In this document: piece by piece, positions 15,783 through 20,000 of the stretch | How positions within the stretch are numbered: position 1 is the stretch's first letter | How the letters are laid out: each line of letters opens with the position of its first letter | Source: an uncultured virus (IMG/VR IMGVR_UViG_3300021373_000885) | Taxonomy: Duplodnaviria > Heunggongvirae > Uroviricota > Caudoviricetes | IMG/VR virus record: IMGVR_UViG_3300021373_000885 | Length of the DNA stretch: 20,000 nt | Strand: one strand, 5' to 3' | Made by a program: the position numbers and the translations under genes | Notes under the pieces: model-generated | The model's input: only the letters and a program-made list of their open reading frames with translations | Database searches by the model: none | Told to the model about the DNA's origin: nothing

Positions 15783-17027
15783 ATGTTACTAAGTAAAAAG
15801 CTGACAGTCGAAGATCGTGTCAAGCGTGCGCGTATCAAAATCGTTGACAGCACCGACTTCCCTGAGTTCCGAGCAATGGCGGGTCTTATCATGGTTGGTG
15901 ATACTACGTTTGTTGATGGCGACCACAAGATCAAGACTGCGTGTACCAATGGTCGTGATGAGTGGTACAACCGAGACTTCGTTGACACACTTAGCGATGC
16001 GCAACTACGTGGTGTGGTACTACATGAGAATTATCACATACAGTACCGACACCTTACTACGTGGGAACATCTGTGGAAGATAGATGCGCAACTGGCTAAC
16101 ATGGCGGCTGACTACGTTATCAACCTACAGATATTCACACCCGAACGTGTCAAAGCTAAGTTCGTTGATATGATTGACGGTATGCTGTACGACACCAAGT
16201 ATGAGGGTCTTGACGTTGCACAAGTGTTTAGGCAACTACGCCAAGACAAGCAAGACCAACAAGACTCTGGTGGTGATAGCGGTAATGAGGGGGGTAGCGG
16301 TACACCCTTTGACGGTGACTCGTTTGACACACACGACTGGGAAGGTGCGCAAGAGATGACCGATGCAGAGCGTGGTGAGTTAGAGCGTGAGATTGACCAA
16401 GCCATACGTCAAGGCAGTATGATGGCGGGTAAGACAGGTAGTGGTGGCAATCGAATGTTCGATGAGTTACTGAGTGCGCAAGTCAACTGGCGTGATGCAC
16501 TACGTGACTTCATTACTGACACATGTTCGGGCAATGACTATTGTTCATACGTCAAACCTGACAGACGGTTCTTGCAATACGACATGTATGTACCAAGTGG
16601 TGTATCCGATCAAGTCGATGAGTTAGTCATTGCGATTGACACAAGTGGCTCCATTGGCGGTGACGAAATCACTTGCATGCTATCTGAGGTACGCGGTATA
16701 TGCGAGACAGTACCACCCAAGCGTGTACGCATACTGTACTGGGATACTGAGGTGTGTCGTGATGAGGTGTATGAGTTACATCAGTTACCTGAACTAGTAC
16801 AGTCAACCAAGCCTGCGGGTGGCGGTGGTACTGACGTTACATGTGTACCCAAGTGGCTGACTAACAAGAACATATCACCACAAGCGACAATCATACTCAC
16901 TGACGGGTATCTGTACGGTGGTTGGGGTGATTGGTCGTGTCCAACACTGTGGTGCATACTCGACAACAAGAGTGCTGTGCCTGACTGTGGTAAAGCAATA
17001 CACATTAAATCGGGAGATATGAGATGA
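15783..17027 (+). CDS. HExxH metallopeptidase-like domain plus VWA domain protein (DUF2201-like)
   Basis: TACTNG, LHENYH, NMAADYVIN; G/S/D linker; MIDAS DTSGS, GGGTD, ILTDG. Confidence 0.88.
   Translation: MLLSKKLTVEDRVKRARIKIVDSTDFPEFRAMAGLIMVGDTTFVDGDHKIKTACTNGRDEWYNRDFVDTLSDAQLRGVVLHENYHIQYRHLTTWEHLWKIDAQLANMAADYVINLQIFTPERVKAKFVDMIDGMLYDTKYEGLDVAQVFRQLRQDKQDQQDSGGDSGNEGGSGTPFDGDSFDTHDWEGAQEMTDAERGELEREIDQAIRQGSMMAGKTGSGGNRMFDELLSAQVNWRDALRDFITDTCSGNDYCSYVKPDRRFLQYDMYVPSGVSDQVDELVIAIDTSGSIGGDEITCMLSEVRGICETVPPKRVRILYWDTEVCRDEVYELHQLPELVQSTKPAGGGGTDVTCVPKWLTNKNISPQATIILTDGYLYGGWGDWSCPTLWCILDNKSAVPDCGKAIHIKSGDMR
16289..16308. promoter_or_regulatory. 20-bp palindrome, copy 6 (intragenic): GGGGGGTAGCGGTACACCCT
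   Basis: 19/20 identical to copy 3; encodes part of EGGSGTP in the linker of the peptidase-VWA protein. Confidence 0.7.
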
Positions 17028-17209
17028 GTGAATCATTTGGTATGGGCATGGAAGCCGTACATCGACGCATGGAGTGGGACATTGCAGTCCAAGAAGTACA
17101 AAAGGCAGTGGAGTTTCGGTTAGATGCTATGACAACACGTTATGACAAATCAACCGAAGAAGATAGAGAACGCCTTGCGCAAGCATGGGCAAGAATACTA
17201 CAAGGGTAA
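17024..17209 (+). CDS. Hypothetical protein
   Basis: 61 aa, ATGA overlap, GGGAG RBS. Confidence 0.75.
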   Translation: MSESFGMGMEAVHRRMEWDIAVQEVQKAVEFRLDAMTTRYDKSTEEDRERLAQAWARILQG

Positions 17210-17248
17210 GGTACATCTTACCCCCTATTTACTACGAGGAAATATGTT

Positions 17249-18220
17249 ATGGCTTTATACTTTTACAATCTAAATACGTTTGACATGGTGGCAGACCACT
17301 ACAACAACACCAAACCAATACGCACAACAGGTGAGGTGCCGTTGGGTGATCGTGCGCGTAAGTGGGAACAAGTTGTCAAGGTCAACAAGAACAAGTATGT
17401 GTTCGTTGATTGGTATCGCCCAATCCCTGATGGTGAATCTATTAATGACAGCTTGTTCTGGGAACGGTACTTGTCCGAGTGTGTCAAGCGACCTGCTGTA
17501 GAATGGCGCAAGTTACGTAATGGTAAGGAACGTATGAAGGTGTTCAATGAGAGTGGCGATGGTGCGCACAATGGTAGGTACTCGTTCCTGTATCGTGCCA
17601 CGCCAAGAATGTTTAACTTCACTGTTGAGAATGGTAAGCAGTACGTCACTATGCCTGATGGTAACAAGCAGTACCTACCTAAGTCTAGGACAATACCCAA
17701 ACGTGTTTACGATGGTACCAAAGGCTCTCAATGGTTCCAAAAGCAAAACTACACCCCTCGTTGCGATGGTGCATACTTAGAGTTCGAGCGTGACCCTGAC
17801 ACTAGCGAGTGGACACTAATACATGGCGACCATGCACTACCTGTTAGGCGTACACGTATCGACACCGAAGCCAAGAAACCATACCGCAAGCACATCAAGG
17901 GCTTTGTCGAGTGGGCTTGGATGGTGCGCGACTTTCTTATACCTGATATAGGTGACTGGAAGAGCATGTCTCAACACCGCTCAAAATCTATTGATTATAT
18001 ATCTAATGTACACAAGTTCCGCGAAGTGCTTACAGATACAGAGCATGAAGATCGCGTACATGTACTTGCTGACATGCTCAATGACATGTGTAAGTACGAC
18101 TGGGATAAGCACTGTAACTGTGTCACTTCTGACCCTAGCAAGTTCCGTTCACAACTCAACACTAGAATCAATCGTCTCGGTGGATTCAACATCAACTCAA
18201 TTGAAATGAAGGAGAAGTAA
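17249..18220 (+). CDS. Hypothetical protein
   Basis: 323 aa, GAGGA RBS. Confidence 0.85.
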   Translation: MALYFYNLNTFDMVADHYNNTKPIRTTGEVPLGDRARKWEQVVKVNKNKYVFVDWYRPIPDGESINDSLFWERYLSECVKRPAVEWRKLRNGKERMKVFNESGDGAHNGRYSFLYRATPRMFNFTVENGKQYVTMPDGNKQYLPKSRTIPKRVYDGTKGSQWFQKQNYTPRCDGAYLEFERDPDTSEWTLIHGDHALPVRRTRIDTEAKKPYRKHIKGFVEWAWMVRDFLIPDIGDWKSMSQHRSKSIDYISNVHKFREVLTDTEHEDRVHVLADMLNDMCKYDWDKHCNCVTSDPSKFRSQLNTRINRLGGFNINSIEMKEK

Positions 18221-18221
18221 G

Positions 18222-19253
18222 ATGGTACAATCAGTAGTTATGCGAGACAAGAACCACAATCGCGCATCAGTGATTGAGGTAAAGGAACTCAAACGTGATT
18301 GGGCAGACCGCCCCTCTAGGTACGTTGTGGTGGACAAGGATTTATGTGAACGTGACTTCAACACTGAGTTTTACCGAATGGTGCGTGACTTTGTACTGGC
18401 TAGTACGAAACATATACCCGACTGTCTAGCTGTGTATGACAGGCGAGAGGATGATGTGTATATATACAGAGATGCTGACTTGTTTGTTCTGGGTAAATTA
18501 TTCATAACATACAATGAAGATAACGTGACACAATATAATGTAACATCGCACCTTATATCTAATAAGAGGTATTGCCCACACTCAAGTCCAAGAGATTACC
18601 GTACTCTTACATCTACTAAATTCGACAAGGCTGTACGTAATGCACGTACCTACCTTCGTGGGAACACGTTGCAGGATATAGCTAGGTGTACGGTAGAGAA
18701 GATGTCCTCTAGCTGTAATGTTATGATTGATGGCTTCCAACGAGAGGCTAACAAAGCCTTGCATGCTTTGGGTGTTGATAGAACAATATATAACAGGCAC
18801 AGTGACCATGAAGAACCACCCGTACTAAAGGAACTTACTAGGTTACATGAACTAGGCACAGTGTCCTTTATGGACAGTAGTGTTGGTGAGAACTTAGATA
18901 AGTATCGTGAGAACTTTGAGACTATGAAAGAACTTGCAAGATTCACGGTAGCTACGTTGTGTCATGTGTACAAGAACCACAGAGATGTTGAAGTTATAGA
19001 GTATCACGATGTATTCACAGACCAATACTCTAACCCCACCTGTATTAGTGACCCCAGTGCTACCGACTTAGACCGACTGACATTCTATAGTGAGAATTAC
19101 TGTTGTAGTCCAACCTTAGTACCTGCCGAAGAAGCTGACCCCCACATGCAAACACAGATAGCATCCCTTGCAGTGTTACCTGACCAGACATTCGTACGAG
19201 GGTTGGGTTACAAACTTAACGAGAGCATATACTATGTCACAAAACCCAATTAA
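18222..19253 (+). CDS. Hypothetical protein
   Basis: 343 aa, AAGGAG RBS. Confidence 0.85.
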   Translation: MVQSVVMRDKNHNRASVIEVKELKRDWADRPSRYVVVDKDLCERDFNTEFYRMVRDFVLASTKHIPDCLAVYDRREDDVYIYRDADLFVLGKLFITYNEDNVTQYNVTSHLISNKRYCPHSSPRDYRTLTSTKFDKAVRNARTYLRGNTLQDIARCTVEKMSSSCNVMIDGFQREANKALHALGVDRTIYNRHSDHEEPPVLKELTRLHELGTVSFMDSSVGENLDKYRENFETMKELARFTVATLCHVYKNHRDVEVIEYHDVFTDQYSNPTCISDPSATDLDRLTFYSENYCCSPTLVPAEEADPHMQTQIASLAVLPDQTFVRGLGYKLNESIYYVTKPN

Positions 19254-19476
19254 ACTTACTGTTGTAAGGAACTTGTACACAGACCAAATAAATGTCACAC
19301 AAACTTATGGAGATGTTGACATTGGTATTTGTGGTGACTATAGTTATGATGAATTGCCCGAATGGCTACGTGCCAAACTAGCTACCCTTGATGTGTTGTG
19401 TAACCTAGAACATGTTGAGGGATTAGGCTATAGGTTTGGTGGTGGTAAATATTTGGTTGAACATACGGCTGACTGA
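19234..19476 (+). CDS. Hypothetical protein (80 aa) similar to the C-terminus of the upstream protein
   Basis: Start reassigned to ATG 19234. Shares a P..(L/M)...(L/I)A.L.VL.....V.GLGY(K/R) motif with the upstream protein. Confidence 0.7.
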   Translation: MSQNPIKLTVVRNLYTDQINVTQTYGDVDIGICGDYSYDELPEWLRAKLATLDVLCNLEHVEGLGYRFGGGKYLVEHTAD

Positions 19477-19504
19477 AGCCAGTCCCCGACAATAATAAGA
19501 GAGA

Positions 19505-19524
19505 GGGGGGTAGCGTTACCCCCC
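19505..19524. promoter_or_regulatory. 20-bp palindrome, copy 7: GGGGGGTAGCGTTACCCCCC
   Basis: Ends 18 nt before ATG 19543. Confidence 0.85.
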
Positions 19525-19542
19525 TAAATCAAGGAGTTAACA

Positions 19543-19869
19543 ATGGCTATGACCCCAGAACGTAAGGTCAAGAAGAAAGTAGCCGACTATTTAAAAAGTA
19601 TTGGTGCGTACTTTTTCTACCCCGCAACAGGTGGGTACGGTAGAAGTGGTGTGCCTGACATAGTCGGTTGTTATAAAGGAAGGTTCTTTGGTATTGAGTG
19701 TAAGGCGGGTAAGAATAAACCCACCGAGTTACAGAAGAATGAATTAAAACAAATAATTCAAGCGGGTGGTATTGCAACTGTGACGAACGAGGATACACTA
19801 CATGCCCTTCAATATATTTTAAATGACTTACCTGAACCTGACCCCAACCAATTGGAACTAGACTTATGA
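19543..19869 (+). CDS. VRR-NUC domain nuclease (Holliday junction resolvase-like)
   Basis: PERKVK...GVPDIV...FFGIECKA...PTELQ motifs; AAGGAG RBS. Confidence 0.9.
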   Translation: MAMTPERKVKKKVADYLKSIGAYFFYPATGGYGRSGVPDIVGCYKGRFFGIECKAGKNKPTELQKNELKQIIQAGGIATVTNEDTLHALQYILNDLPEPDPNQLELDL

Positions 19870-20000
19870 CCGAATTAGTATCAAACCCTGTAGTAAAAGC
19901 TGAACTTGAACCCATTGACGTAGCGATACGCAAAGAGCGCAAACGTGTGTGGGATTTAGAAGATGAAACTGGTGAAGAAGTAAACTCTAACTGGTTAGAG
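19866..20000 (+). CDS. Hypothetical protein (truncated at the window edge)
   Basis: ATGA overlap with the VRR-NUC stop; frame MTELVSNPVVKAELEPIDVAIRKERKRVWDLED... stays open to the end. Confidence 0.6.
   Translation, partial: MTELVSNPVVKAELEPIDVAIRKERKRVWDLEDETGEEVNSNWLE

Noticed and set aside
13530..19942. Minus-strand and alternate-frame ORFs within the right arm
   Set aside because: They overlap well-supported plus-strand genes and lack RBSs or recognisable motifs.

Overview
Segment of a tailed dsDNA bacteriophage genome (podovirus-like layout) with two divergent arms. The left arm (1-11,340, minus strand) is the packaging/morphogenesis module: PD-(D/E)XK nuclease, putative small terminase, large terminase, portal, a GroES-like co-chaperonin, scaffold, probable decoration protein, major capsid protein, a run of small Lys/Arg-rich proteins and a probable head-tail adaptor (truncated). 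The right arm (11,500-20,000, plus strand) looks like an early region: sigma70-type promoters, hypothetical proteins, a DUF3150-like gene, a MoxR-like AAA+ ATPase, an HExxH-peptidase/VWA protein and a VRR-NUC nuclease. Features not explained by gene content: (i) seven copies of a 20-bp palindrome GGGG(T/G)GTA-N4-TAC(A/C)CCCC, all in the right arm; (ii) apparent absence of CCGG, GGCC and GCWGC from the right arm although they are common in the left arm; (iii) an unannotated 29-aa hydrophobic peptide ending in an SSB-tail-like motif (EDDLPF); (iv) a promoter-driven, structured and possibly pseudoknotted leader downstream of the capsid terminator; (v) an iteron-like GTTAC/GTAAC cluster next to a 34-bp direct repeat. 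Family assignments come from motif recognition and synteny, and counts are manual; no searches were run.
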